DNA of 32,000 bases from Synechococcus sp. A15-28 (GTDB lineage: Bacteria > Cyanobacteriota > Cyanobacteriia > PCC-6307 > Cyanobiaceae). Shown here in pieces: positions 1 to 10,496 of this stretch. Each line of letters begins with the position of its first letter. Position 1 is the stretch's first letter. The notes beneath the pieces are model-generated. The model saw nothing but the letters and a program-made list of their open reading frames with translations. It was not told the origin of the DNA and ran no database searches. Both the position numbers and the translations under genes were made by a program. The DNA lies in NCBI RefSeq assembly GCF_014280175.1, contig NZ_CP047931.1, forward strand, positions 90,001-122,000, written 5' to 3'.

Positions 1-89
1 CTAACAGCTCCTGTATTTACCAGGAACAGCTCCGCGTCATCGGTCCCCGTAGCCACCTGGCCCGCGGAGTTGATCAGATAGTTAGCCAT
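1..89 (-). CDS. N-terminus of an ORF running off the left edge; possibly a repeat-type/secreted surface protein
   Basis: ATG (reverse complement of 87..89) opens MANYLINSAGQVATGTDDAELFLVNTGAV with no stop before the window edge. The 'GTDDAELFLVNTGAV' style resembles starts of repeat-containing surface proteins. Not in the ORF track because it is truncated. Confidence 0.5.
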   Translation of the reverse strand, partial: MANYLINSAGQVATGTDDAELFLVNTGAV

Positions 90-133
90 GAGAAGAGGAG
101 AGGGTGATCAATTTTTGAGACACCGCAGTGAAT

Positions 134-1423
134 CTATGCGGGTGGCCTACACATGTCAACGGATATATGGCCAGATGCAGATGAGACACACCCTGGTTTG
201 CTGGAAGGAGGGCAAAAAGGCTCGGATATAGTACAATTATACTTGTTATAAATGTTATTTACAAGTTTTTTCCATCTTTTCAGGCATGATTTAATTGAAT
301 AGGTATCATTAGAGGGGCGTATTCGCTCACTATCTTTGTAACTTTCTTCTTTTATTAATTTGACGACAGAACTAGCTAATTCACCTGGTTTTCGGTGGTC
401 GATTCTAACCACATTTTCAAAACTTCTTGTAAATTCTGTCACTGGCTTAACATCACTTACGATCATCGGATTATTAATATATAAACTTTCAACTAAACTC
501 CAGCTCGCTACAAATGGATGCGTTAGGTAAATATGACACCATGAAGATCGCAACCAATTTCTATATGCATCTCCTTGCAAAAAACCAACCCAATTTACAT
601 TGTTGCTAATATTATGTTTTTCTAGATACATTTCAGCCCAGTTTTTCCAGGTACCTTCTACCGGTTTCATACCTCCGTAGCTGCATCTATCATTACCTGC
701 AATTTCAATAGTGACTGAAGGCACCTTTTTTACAATCTCGGGGATTTCCCTTATAAATTGCGGAAAACATCTCATCGGTTCCATGCCTCTTGTACCGTAA
801 GTGATCTTTGGCGTTTCTGATATAAATTTTTGGTCGTTTTGAAAATAATCTGTGTCAACCCCGTCAAAAATGACTTGGCATTTTTCTGCAAAAATCTTCG
901 GAAGTTGCTCCATCTGCCACAAGGTAGGAGCCACTATATTGTCTGCATGAGAAAGTTCTAGAGCTATATTTTTGTTTCTCAGCCAATATTTACGGACAGC
1001 ATCTTCGCCTATCCTTAATTCCTTATTGGTGTTATCATACCAAAAAAAATCTGACTCCTGATTAAACCACCATTCTAAATAACTTATTTGTTTGCATTTC
1101 GGCCATATTTCTTTGATGTGTAATCCGCAACCCCAAGCAGAATGAGAAATTACGATATCAGGGTAATAATTTTTTTCTTTTAATTTTACAAATGCGGTGC
1201 GATACATTTCACCCATCTTGTCTGCACGTTCAGTAAGTCCAAGACTTTGATTTTCCAAGGTCTCGTGGCTCAGGCTGCCTTTCAAACATATGCGATCGAC
1301 TCCCTTGAGTCTTCTTCCAAAGTGCGTCTGGCATAGAAATTTAATTTCATTCTTTTCTGCGAAGTATTTTGCGACATGTTTGAACTGACCTGGAAAATTT
1401 GGGTGAAGGAAAAGAATTTTCAT
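134..1423 (-). CDS. Glycosyltransferase family 4/1-type (GT-B fold)
   Basis: ORF 134..1432; ATG at 1423 gives MKILFLHPNFPGQFKHVAKYF. Contains 'VIFDGVDTDYF' and a C-terminal 'MEPMRCFPQFIREIPEIVKKVPSVTIEIAG...SWSLVESLYINNPMIVSDVKPVTEF' typical of GT4/GT1 enzymes. Confidence 0.88.
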   Translation of the reverse strand: MKILFLHPNFPGQFKHVAKYFAEKNEIKFLCQTHFGRRLKGVDRICLKGSLSHETLENQSLGLTERADKMGEMYRTAFVKLKEKNYYPDIVISHSAWGCGLHIKEIWPKCKQISYLEWWFNQESDFFWYDNTNKELRIGEDAVRKYWLRNKNIALELSHADNIVAPTLWQMEQLPKIFAEKCQVIFDGVDTDYFQNDQKFISETPKITYGTRGMEPMRCFPQFIREIPEIVKKVPSVTIEIAGNDRCSYGGMKPVEGTWKNWAEMYLEKHNISNNVNWVGFLQGDAYRNWLRSSWCHIYLTHPFVASWSLVESLYINNPMIVSDVKPVTEFTRSFENVVRIDHRKPGELASSVVKLIKEESYKDSERIRPSNDTYSIKSCLKRWKKLVNNIYNKYNCTISEPFCPPSSKPGCVSSASGHISVDMCRPPA

Positions 1424-1468
1424 TGACAACACTTTGTACTACAATGGTGTGATTGTTGATTGGTTCTA

Positions 1469-3220
1469 ATGGGACTCAAGTTAGCCCTCAAAGCACACAG
1501 CGAGGGAAATCTTAAGCTTGCAGAGATTCATTACAAGCGTGCTCTCGAACAAGGTGACAAATCGCATATTTTATATCAAAATTTTGGCGCTTTGTTGAGG
1601 AGTCAAGACAAATTAAAGGATGCTCTTCAATGCTATCGCACTGGCCTTCATCATTTTCCTGATAATGTTGACATATTGCTAAATTACGCAAATGCCTTAC
1701 GTGCAGACTTTCCTGCTTCCGCTCTTGAAAACTACTTAAGAATCCTTGGAATAATACTTTCAACTCCTAATTTTAATGAGAAAAAGTATTTAAATGCTCT
1801 TTGTAATATTTGTCAACTTACTCATGATTTAGGTCTTTACAAACTAAATGTTCTGTATCTACGGGCGGCCCTTCCTCCCGTTAAATATAATGCGGGAATA
1901 CTACTAAACATATTACTCCTTCTTGATAAGAATAACAGTTCACAGGATACAAGCTTTTGCTTTGAACAAATATATCAAAGGATACAATCTTCTCTGCTTT
2001 CACTAACTATAACAGAAAGAGCAGAATTTCACTATTCATTGTGCCAGCATTTTCTCAACAAAAAAGCCGAAAAAGATGCATTTATTGAATTAGACAAAGC
2101 AAACACTTTATTGAACGAAGGGCTACGTGACAGCTCTCTCGATCATAAAAAACTCCAGGATATTTCTATTTGTTATCACTGGAATGCCTCCAATACACTG
2201 CTTAAAATGCAGAATTTTCAACTCGGTTGGCAGTTCTACGAATATGGTCTACGCACGCCTTGTAGTGGTCCCCAGAGATGGCAAAGGTCTTTGGCTAAGC
2301 CATTTGATTTTAACGAAGTTGTTCTTTGGCGGGGAGAATCTTTGAATTCCAGAAGAATTCTGTTACTTGAGGAACAAGGAATAGGTGATGCAATGATGTT
2401 TATTACTCTTGTGCCAGCGTTGCTCGATGAGGCTCAATGTGTTGGCCTGTTCTTGTCTGATAGATTATTGCCTATATACAGGCGTTCATTTTCCGAAGAG
2501 ATTCACAATGGAAGTCTTGTTGTATATTCACGTCAAGATTTCTACGACAATAGGCTACAGTCTAATGCTTTCGATTTTCAAGCACCATTAGGCTCAATTT
2601 GTCAATATCGCTATGATCATCCTTCCAAATTCGCACCAAAGACACCTATAATATCTACAGATACTATTACTACCGAACGATTAAGAGACAAGTATATCAC
2701 TCAAAGATCAATTAAGCCAAAAAAACTTGTCGGGTTGAGTTGGCGTGGAGGTGGTCGTGCTTCGAGAATCAAGCAAAAATCTATTAGCCCTTCGTTCTTT
2801 GCGAAGTTAATGAGGAAATATCCTGAATACCAATTTATTAGTTTGCAGTATGGTGATGCCAAATCTGTAGTTTCTACATGGAATAATGATGGCCTGGATG
2901 TTATTTATGACGAAAATATTAATGCCCTTAAGGATATGGATGGATGATTAGTTCAAGTTGCTTGTTGTGACGCTATAGTTAGTGTTGCCAATACGACTAT
3001 TCATGGCGCTGGTGGCCTTAATATACCTACAATGTGTCTTTTGAGTCTTCACTCTGACTGGAGATGGCTCGATGACCCTCTTATTAGTCGAAGCTATTGG
3101 TACTCTTCTGTCGGCATTGCTCGACAATCTGAAAATATGAACTGGGACGATGCTTTTATTACTGTTGATCATTGGTTCTGTGATAATATGGGTTATCCCA
3201 CTGGAATCATTCACCACTAA
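1469..3220 (+). pseudogene. TPR-repeat protein with C-terminal glycosyltransferase-like (GT9/GT41-like) domain, interrupted by an in-frame TGA at 2945..2947
   Basis: ORF 1460..2947 (ATG at 1469) has N-terminal TPR units (EGNLKLAEIHYKRALEQG...). The same frame continues directly after the TGA as LVQVACCDAIVSVANTTIHGAGGLNIPTMCLLSLHSDWRWLDDPLISRSYWYSSVGIARQ to a stop at 3218..3220. That is the expected C-terminal part of this domain. Confidence 0.75.
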
Positions 3221-3234
3221 TTTCACATTATATC

Positions 3235-4323
3235 ATGAATTATGATCAACTCTTATTATTATTTCAGCAAGGTCAGTATTCAAAAATAACATCATTTATT
3301 GATGAAAGTAGTCTTTCATTTGAGTCTGACCCTAATGTTGCGCATCTTTATGCTGCTTCTCTCTTCAAGCTAGGCTCATTCGGGAAAGCCCTCGAAATCC
3401 TTGAAACTCTCGAGTCCGCTTTGGATAATAATGTTGATTACCTTTCTCTTTTTGGTGCTACTTTGCGGCGTGTAGGTAATCTTGAAAAGGCTGAGGTTCT
3501 TTTAAACAAAGCTATGAAATTAGACTCGAAAAATCCTTTTATTAGAAATAACTATGCCAATTTACTGATAGATCTCGGTCGATTCTCGGATGCACGAAAT
3601 ATTCTTGACTCACTTTTGCTTCAAAATCCAAAATATGAAGATGCTCGTATCAATCTTAATCGTCTTACATTCATAGCGACTCAATCAACTGGCAACAAAA
3701 AATCTGAAGATGTTGATTTTAATACGCAGGTTACTTCTGGAACTAAGTCCATTTCTCAACCTAAAGTTCTAGATCCTTTGCATTTAGCATTTGACGAGGA
3801 AGAAGTCTATAAATATGGTCGACTAGACCGGTCTAAAATTGTTCAATCGTCTCAACAAATTGTTGAATCTTTGGATTTACCTGATTCTTCACAAACTGCT
3901 TCGGAGTACATGAAACTTGCTCTTTTAGCAGTTCAAGAAAAAAATTTTAGTTATGCATTACAACTCTGCTCAAAAAGCTATATATTAATTGGTCCTAATT
4001 CACAAATCTTTGACTGTGTTAGTGATTGTTTTATAGGCTTATCGCGTTTTTCTGATGCAGAATCCTTTGCTTTACATGCTATCACTGTTAGTGAGCCTAC
4101 TGCAAAGCTTTATATGAATCTAGCAACCTTGGCAAGTATGAAGGGTGATTTAGTTCTTGCTGAGTTCTATTTAGAACGTGCAGCAGGTTTGGACCCTAGT
4201 CATACCCAACTCAAAAAACTTAGCGGCAACTTGAAGAGCCTTAAATCAAAGTCTTCAGCGAAAAAGTTTTCTTTTGAGCTTTGTGAATTTCCTTCTACAG
4301 TTAGCTCTAAAGATGCTGCATAG
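3235..4323 (+). CDS. Tetratricopeptide repeat protein
   Basis: 362 aa ORF with repeated TPR-like units, e.g. LFGATLRRVGNLEKAEVLLNKAMKLDSKNPFIRNNYANLLIDLGRFSDARNILDSLLLQNP and LATLASMKGDLVLAEFYLERAAGLDPSHTQLKKLSGNL. Confidence 0.85.
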   Translation: MNYDQLLLLFQQGQYSKITSFIDESSLSFESDPNVAHLYAASLFKLGSFGKALEILETLESALDNNVDYLSLFGATLRRVGNLEKAEVLLNKAMKLDSKNPFIRNNYANLLIDLGRFSDARNILDSLLLQNPKYEDARINLNRLTFIATQSTGNKKSEDVDFNTQVTSGTKSISQPKVLDPLHLAFDEEEVYKYGRLDRSKIVQSSQQIVESLDLPDSSQTASEYMKLALLAVQEKNFSYALQLCSKSYILIGPNSQIFDCVSDCFIGLSRFSDAESFALHAITVSEPTAKLYMNLATLASMKGDLVLAEFYLERAAGLDPSHTQLKKLSGNLKSLKSKSSAKKFSFELCEFPSTVSSKDAA

Positions 4324-5089
4324 TCGATCTATTATTTATGTTGCAACAGGTGAGTCTTATGTTAAGGAAGCTATTAAGAATGCGAAATTAACTCGTGAAT
4401 ATTCAATAGATATTCCTATCTATATTGTCACCGATCTCCCTGGCAATCAAGAACTCTATGAAGTTTTTGATTATGTTCTTCCTCATCAATACCCTACCTA
4501 TTCGTACAGAGATAAGATCCTACCTCTCGTAAATCTTCCAACCGATGAGTGTCTATTCTTAGATTCTGATGCTTTCTTAATATATTCAGCACATTTTATT
4601 TTCGAGGTCTGTCAGCATTATGAAGTTGCTGCTACTCATGCTCCTGTCAGGCATCCACCAGGATGGGATGATTGCGTTACTCCGTTGTTGTTCCCTGAAT
4701 ACAATTCTGGTGTTTTGTTTCTAAGGAGATCTACTATTATTTCATCATTCATTAAATATTGGCTTGATCTTTACGACAAAGTAAGACTATCTCATAATCA
4801 GTCTTGGGACCAAGCTACGCTTCGCTCTTCTCTTTGGCAATTTATATCTAATCATAATTTAAAGCTTTTAACTTTGCCTCCAGAAGTAAATCTTCGCACT
4901 ACAAAGCCTTGGACTGCTGGTCGAGGCTTACCTGTTTTTGTTATTCACGGTAGATTAGATGTATCAGAGCTCGACTCCTTTATTCACTATCTAAATTCTG
5001 ATATAGATTGTTTTCGTACTTGGTCCCATTGGATTAATATTCACCCTTCCAGCAGTATTCAACCACGCCATGATAGGACATTTCATTAA
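4313..5089 (+). CDS. Putative nucleotide-diphospho-sugar (GT-A-like) glycosyltransferase
   Basis: ORF 4274..5089; ATG at 4313 overlaps the upstream TPR gene by 11 bp. Contains 'PTDECLFLDSDAFLI' (DxD-like), 'YNSGVLFLRRS' and 'SWDQATLRSSLW', typical of GT-A enzymes. Confidence 0.65.
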   Translation: MLHSRSIIYVATGESYVKEAIKNAKLTREYSIDIPIYIVTDLPGNQELYEVFDYVLPHQYPTYSYRDKILPLVNLPTDECLFLDSDAFLIYSAHFIFEVCQHYEVAATHAPVRHPPGWDDCVTPLLFPEYNSGVLFLRRSTIISSFIKYWLDLYDKVRLSHNQSWDQATLRSSLWQFISNHNLKLLTLPPEVNLRTTKPWTAGRGLPVFVIHGRLDVSELDSFIHYLNSDIDCFRTWSHWINIHPSSSIQPRHDRTFH

Positions 5090-6495
5090 TTTAAACTTTC
5101 AGCAATTCCATCAATAAACCAATTTCTTCTTCTTCTTTTGGTTACCTCTTTGTCGCTCCATTCTTTTATTTCGAGCCACTCCTCTTTTCTGAATAACTCT
5201 TCTTGTTTCTTTTCGTAACAGTTTTCTTTTTCGCTACCGTCTCTTTCAAGCTCAACTGCCCATAGAATCTTGCCACTCCTTTTTCGCGCTAGTTTCTTGT
5301 TCCCTCGAATAAACAGTATCTCGTCTCTAAATTCCACTACTGCTCGATCGCTTCTTTCTGCCTTCTTTCTAAGCCTTTTGCTACTTCCATTCTTGATTAG
5401 GTTTCGCACCATTAACTTCATTATTTTTGTTAGGCCAAGCGTTTTTTGCATAGGTTCTGATTTACAAGGTCTTATTCCTCTGTAAACCCAAGGTACTCTA
5501 ATAGCACCCTCTTGAAATGAGCCTTTGTAAAGCATACCGCCATCTCCAAGTATTTCCCCATGGTCTGACGTAATAGCTATATTCCAACTATTTTTGTCAC
5601 TTCTTTGATTTATTTCTCTCATTAAATTCCCAACTTGATCATCTAATAGTTTGATATGGTCTCCATAATCGCATTTAAGTTTAAGGATATCGTTATCTTG
5701 TATCTTGCCTTTCCAATTATTGTACTTTTGTTTTAGCAAGCACTGATCATCAAGGCGGTCTATCCAGTCATAATTATTTTTTGATTCTTTGATGTCTCCA
5801 AATTTGTGTATCCCTTTCCAAGGTTTCGGTGTGTCAAAAGGCTCATGAGGTCCAACAAAACTAACCCACAAAAACCATGGTTCCGTATCTTTTTTGTTCC
5901 TAATCATGTCTTCAGCCTTTTTTGCGATCCATATGTCTGGATACAATTCATTTGGCAGTAATGTTGTTTTCACCTTCCATGCATTTTCTTCGATGTGACT
6001 TCTGTACCTTAGATCTAAATCCTGCTTTTGTTTTTCGTAGACATTCTTTGCACGCCATTCATCAGTTAGAGTGCATTCTACGTTCCTTAATGCTCTCGGA
6101 CCTGCTACCTCAATGACTTCGGAGAAACCTAGTTCATTTAGTTTATTTAACTTGTTCCTCATATCCATTGAGCTTAGGTGGCTATAGAAGTGTGCTTTCC
6201 CAATGAGAGTTGTTTTCCATCCGCTATTTCTAAGATCACGAACAAATGAAGGTGATTGATTACTCAACTCATATCTACCGTTGCTTGTTACGCCAATTCG
6301 ACTCGGTTCAAGACCTGTCAACCAACTAAATCTTGCTGGCATGCATTGTGGACTACTTGTATAACAGTAGGTTGCGTGCCAACCTTCCTCTGCAATCTTT
6401 GCAACATGGGGCATATTTGTACTCTTTGAATTGAGATCACACCAATCCGCCCTGAGCTGATCAAATGTTATCAATAGGAGATTTGTCTGTTTCAT
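5086..6495 (-). CDS. Sulfatase (alkaline-phosphatase superfamily, Cys-type)
   Basis: 469 aa. N-terminal 'NLLLITFDQLRADW', formylglycine signature 'CMPARFSWLTG' (C-x-P-x-R), 'GKAHFYSH', 'WFLWVSFVGPHEPFD' and 'NIAITSDHGEILGDGGMLYKG'. Confidence 0.9.
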   Translation of the reverse strand: MKQTNLLLITFDQLRADWCDLNSKSTNMPHVAKIAEEGWHATYCYTSSPQCMPARFSWLTGLEPSRIGVTSNGRYELSNQSPSFVRDLRNSGWKTTLIGKAHFYSHLSSMDMRNKLNKLNELGFSEVIEVAGPRALRNVECTLTDEWRAKNVYEKQKQDLDLRYRSHIEENAWKVKTTLLPNELYPDIWIAKKAEDMIRNKKDTEPWFLWVSFVGPHEPFDTPKPWKGIHKFGDIKESKNNYDWIDRLDDQCLLKQKYNNWKGKIQDNDILKLKCDYGDHIKLLDDQVGNLMREINQRSDKNSWNIAITSDHGEILGDGGMLYKGSFQEGAIRVPWVYRGIRPCKSEPMQKTLGLTKIMKLMVRNLIKNGSSKRLRKKAERSDRAVVEFRDEILFIRGNKKLARKRSGKILWAVELERDGSEKENCYEKKQEELFRKEEWLEIKEWSDKEVTKRRRRNWFIDGIAESLN

Positions 6496-6539
6496 TAATC
6501 TTTTTCGTATGATATGATTCTATCATCAGTTTGTCTTCT

Positions 6540-7586
6540 ATGCGTTTTTGGCTTGCTTTGCATCCTGATGTCGCCAAGCCTATTGGAGGCGTAAAGCAGA
6601 TGCATCGTTTGTCAGAACATCTTTCTTCTCTTGGCTATACCTCTACAATTATCCAAGAAGATTCTTCTTTCCATCCTGGTTGGTTTGAAAGTGAGGTAAA
6701 TACCATAAGTCTCAAGCAATGGAACTCTCTGACAGATCTCTCTAAATTTCGCGATGTTATTATATTGCCTGAAACATATGTTCGGTTTTTTAGATCATAT
6801 TCTCGTGGTTTGCCACTTGTTATTTTCAATCAAAATGGTTCATACACCTTCGGTGAGTCTGATCCTGTCAAAAATCGAATTTCCCCAAAATTTGTATTTG
6901 ATTCGTATAATTTCCGTAATGTCATTCAGATTCTATGCGTTTCTGAACATGACAAGAACCTCCTGTCTGTTTTTTGTGATATGCCCGATGAGCGTATAAG
7001 TCTTATCGTTAATGGACTAGATAATTTTTCTTGCTCTAACTCAATCAAGAAGCATAATATAATTTCATTCATGCCTCGCAAGAATAGTTTTGATGCTGGT
7101 ATTGTAATGCGACTATTGTCAATTCAACCCTTTTCTAGTAACTTTAAATTTTACCCAATTGCGAATGCCTCTCATCAAGAAGTTATGAATGTTCTTCAGA
7201 AATCCCTGATTTTTCTCTCTTTTGGCCATCCAGAAGGTTTTGGACTGCCGGTTGCAGAAGCTCTTGCCTCAGGATGTTCTGTTGTTGGGTATACAGGCCT
7301 TGGTGGTCGGGAGCTTTTCGATAAAGTTTTGCGTTATAACGTGGCATTCCCTGTCGAGAATGGTGATTGGCCTGCATTTGTTAATGGTGTTTCTAGTGTT
7401 GTCAGCCGTTACAAGCATGACCACTCTAATTTTGTGGGCGATCTTGCTAAATCTTCCACCCTTATCAGGCAAAGCTACTCAGATCTTGCAATGCAAGATT
7501 CTATCAAATCTGCTGTGTTTTCTATAGAAAAGAACCTATCTCGCTTCTTGTCTTCCGATTCCGATGCAAGTTCCTTTGCTTTTTAA
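6540..7586 (+). CDS. Glycosyltransferase, GT4-like
   Basis: ORF 6531..7586; ATG at 6540. 'PIGGVKQMHRLSEHLSSLGY' and 'SFGHPEGFGLPVAEALASGCSVVGYTGLGGRELF' are GT4 hallmarks. Confidence 0.85.
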   Translation: MRFWLALHPDVAKPIGGVKQMHRLSEHLSSLGYTSTIIQEDSSFHPGWFESEVNTISLKQWNSLTDLSKFRDVIILPETYVRFFRSYSRGLPLVIFNQNGSYTFGESDPVKNRISPKFVFDSYNFRNVIQILCVSEHDKNLLSVFCDMPDERISLIVNGLDNFSCSNSIKKHNIISFMPRKNSFDAGIVMRLLSIQPFSSNFKFYPIANASHQEVMNVLQKSLIFLSFGHPEGFGLPVAEALASGCSVVGYTGLGGRELFDKVLRYNVAFPVENGDWPAFVNGVSSVVSRYKHDHSNFVGDLAKSSTLIRQSYSDLAMQDSIKSAVFSIEKNLSRFLSSDSDASSFAF

Positions 7587-7682
7587 AAGATTTCTCCTGT
7601 AAACCTCCGTTAATCTCGGCTTCCTTACGCAGGTACGGCCTCCGGATTGTAAAATATAGAGCAATTAACTGTTTAGGTTGCC

Positions 7683-10496
7683 ATGCTCAAGCTCCTGCTG
7701 GGTGATTCCAACGCCCGCAAGCTGAAGCGGTATCAGCCGATTGTTTCGGATATTGGTTTGTTAGAGGATGACGTTTCAAGGCTTCCCGATGACGACTTAA
7801 GGCGCAAAACCTTTTCATTTAAGGAGCGCCTCTTTAGTGCTGGATCTCTTGAAAACCAGCGACTTATTTTAGATGAAATATTGCCCGAGGCCTTTGCTGT
7901 AGTTCGTGAAGCCGGCAAACGTGTTCTGGGTATGCGGCATTTCGACGTTCAGCTGATTGGCGGGATGGTTCTTCATGAGGGTCAGATCGCTGAAATGAAG
8001 ACTGGCGAAGGGAAAACACTAGTTGCCACGCTGCCCAGCTATCTCAATGCACTGACTGGCCGGGGTGTGCATGTAGTTACTGTAAATGACTATCTAGCAC
8101 GCCGCGATGCTGAATGGATGGGGCAGGTGCACCGTTTTCTAGGTTTATCCGTGGGACTTATCCAGCAGGATATGCGTCCTGAGGAACGAAGGCGTAATTA
8201 CAACTGTGACATCACCTACGCCACCAACTCCGAGTTGGGTTTTGATTACCTGCGGGACAATATGGCCGCAGACATTAGTGAAGTTGTCCAGCGCGAGTTT
8301 CAGTACTGCGTGATCGATGAAGTTGATTCGATCCTGATTGATGAGGCCCGCACGCCTCTCATCATTTCCGGGCAAGTGGAGCGTCCCCAGGAGAAGTATC
8401 AGCAGGCAGCACAGGTTGCTGAGGCCTTGGAGCGGGCCGCCGAACTGGGCAAGGATGGCATTGATCCGGAGGGTGATTACGAGGTTGATGAAAAGCAGCG
8501 CAGCTGCACCCTTACCGACGATGGCTTCGCGAAAGCCGAGAAGATGCTTGGGGTGGCAGATCTGTTCAATCCTCAGGATCCCTGGGCTCACTACATCACC
8601 AATGCCCTCAAGGCCAAAGAGCTGTTTGTCAAAGACGTGAACTACATTGTTCGCGATGGCGAGGCGGTGATTGTCGATGAATTCACTGGTCGCGTGATGC
8701 CAGGACGCCGCTGGAGTGACGGCCAGCACCAAGCCATTGAGGCCAAGGAGGCCCTGCAGATCCAACCGGAAACGCAGACTCTCGCTTCCATCACGTATCA
8801 GAACTTTTTCCTGCTCTATCCCCGCTTGGCCGGCATGACCGGTACCGCCAAGACAGAAGAGGTGGAATTCGAGAAGACCTACAAACTCGAAACCACAATC
8901 GTTCCCACCAATCGGGTGCGGGCCCGTCAGGACTGGGCTGATCAGGTGTACAAAACCGAGACTGCTAAGTGGCGCGCTGTCGCCAACGAAACAGCTGAGA
9001 TTCATAAGAACGGACGGCCTGTGCTTGTTGGCACGACTTCAGTGGAGAAGAGCGAGTTGCTGAGTTCCCTGCTGGCTGAGCAGGGGATTCCGCACAACCT
9101 GCTTAACGCCAAGCCAGAGAACGTGGAGCGTGAATCGGAGATTGTGGCCCAAGCGGGTCGGGCCGGTGCGGTGACGATCGCCACCAACATGGCGGGCCGG
9201 GGCACCGACATTATTCTGGGCGGCAATAGCGACTACATGGCGCGTCTTAAGTTGCGGGAGGTGCTGCTCGGCCGTCTGGTTAAGCCGGAGGACGACCACA
9301 ATCCTCCGCTGCCCCTGCAACGCAGTACCGCCGCTGCTGGTTTCTCCGATGCTGCAGCTCCAGCACTGCCCCGCAGCGGTGAGAGCCTCTACCCCTGCCA
9401 GCTCACCGACGACACCGATCACGTCCTCGGCCAGTTGGCCCGTGATCTTGTCAAGGCCTGGGGTGATCGGGCCCTCAGCGTGATTGAGCTGGAGGAGCGT
9501 ATTGCCACCGCCGCTGAAAAAGCCCCCACCGACGATCCCCAGATCCAAGGGCTGCGCGAGGCGATCGCCCGGGTGAAGGGGGAATACGACGCGGTGGTGA
9601 AGCAGGAGGAAGCCCGGGTGCGTGAGGCCGGCGGCCTGCATGTGATTGGCACCGAACGTCATGAGTCCCGCCGGGTGGATAACCAACTGCGTGGTCGGGC
9701 TGGGCGACAGGGCGACCCCGGCTCCACCCGTTTCTTCCTTTCCTTGGGAGACAACCTGCTGCGAATCTTCGGGGGTGACCGCGTTGCCGGCCTAATGAAT
9801 GCTTTCCGCGTAGAAGAAGACATGCCGATCGAATCCGGCATGCTCACCCGCTCGCTTGAAGGGGCCCAAAAGAAGGTGGAGACCTACTACTACGACATCC
9901 GCAAGCAGGTGTTCGAGTACGACGAGGTGATGAACAACCAGCGGCGTGCGGTGTATTCCGAACGTCGGCGGGTACTGGATGGTCGCGCCCTCAAGAAGCA
10001 GGTGATCGGCTACGGCGAACGCACAATGGGCGAGATTGTGGAGGCCTATGTGAATCCCGATCTGCCGCCAGAGGAATGGGATCTCGATCAGCTCGTCGGC
10101 AAGGTGAAGGAGTTCATTTATCTGCTGGAAGATCTCACCCCCGATCAGGTGCGGGGTCTGGGCATGGAAGAGCTCAAGGCCTTTTTGCATGAGCAGCTGC
10201 GCAACGCCTACGACCTCAAGGAGGGCCAGGTCGAACAACAACGCCCAGGGCTGATGCGGGAGGCTGAGCGTTTCTTCATCCTTCAGCAGATCGACACACT
10301 CTGGCGGGAACATCTCCAGGCCATGGATGCCCTGCGCGAATCTGTTGGCCTACGTGGCTACGGACAAAAAGATCCTCTGATCGAATACAAGAACGAGGGA
10401 TACGACATGTTCCTCGAGATGATGACCAATATGCGTCGCAACGTGATTTATTCAATGTTCATGTTCCAGCCCGCCAATCCTCAGAGCGGCGGCTGA
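7683..10496 (+). CDS. secA: Preprotein translocase subunit SecA
   Basis: 937 aa. Contains [87 protein letters not shown] and [22 protein letters not shown]. Confidence 0.99.
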   Translation: MLKLLLGDSNARKLKRYQPIVSDIGLLEDDVSRLPDDDLRRKTFSFKERLFSAGSLENQRLILDEILPEAFAVVREAGKRVLGMRHFDVQLIGGMVLHEGQIAEMKTGEGKTLVATLPSYLNALTGRGVHVVTVNDYLARRDAEWMGQVHRFLGLSVGLIQQDMRPEERRRNYNCDITYATNSELGFDYLRDNMAADISEVVQREFQYCVIDEVDSILIDEARTPLIISGQVERPQEKYQQAAQVAEALERAAELGKDGIDPEGDYEVDEKQRSCTLTDDGFAKAEKMLGVADLFNPQDPWAHYITNALKAKELFVKDVNYIVRDGEAVIVDEFTGRVMPGRRWSDGQHQAIEAKEALQIQPETQTLASITYQNFFLLYPRLAGMTGTAKTEEVEFEKTYKLETTIVPTNRVRARQDWADQVYKTETAKWRAVANETAEIHKNGRPVLVGTTSVEKSELLSSLLAEQGIPHNLLNAKPENVERESEIVAQAGRAGAVTIATNMAGRGTDIILGGNSDYMARLKLREVLLGRLVKPEDDHNPPLPLQRSTAAAGFSDAAAPALPRSGESLYPCQLTDDTDHVLGQLARDLVKAWGDRALSVIELEERIATAAEKAPTDDPQIQGLREAIARVKGEYDAVVKQEEARVREAGGLHVIGTERHESRRVDNQLRGRAGRQGDPGSTRFFLSLGDNLLRIFGGDRVAGLMNAFRVEEDMPIESGMLTRSLEGAQKKVETYYYDIRKQVFEYDEVMNNQRRAVYSERRRVLDGRALKKQVIGYGERTMGEIVEAYVNPDLPPEEWDLDQLVGKVKEFIYLLEDLTPDQVRGLGMEELKAFLHEQLRNAYDLKEGQVEQQRPGLMREAERFFILQQIDTLWREHLQAMDALRESVGLRGYGQKDPLIEYKNEGYDMFLEMMTNMRRNVIYSMFMFQPANPQSGG

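Noticed and set aside
2948-3226. 92-aa minus-strand ORF after the TPR gene stop
   Set aside because: The plus-strand continuation of the TPR/glycosyltransferase frame is clearly protein-like (DWRWL, VSVANTTIHGAGG), so this frame is antisense noise.
8145-9005. 286-aa minus-strand ORF inside secA
   Set aside because: Antisense to conserved SecA motifs; composition and lack of motifs indicate a shadow ORF.
9300-9560. Variable, low-similarity stretch inside SecA ([34 protein letters not shown]) as a possible insertion element or intein
   Set aside because: It is a modest in-frame expansion in a region known to vary in cyanobacterial SecA. No intein splice motifs, and flanking motifs are intact.
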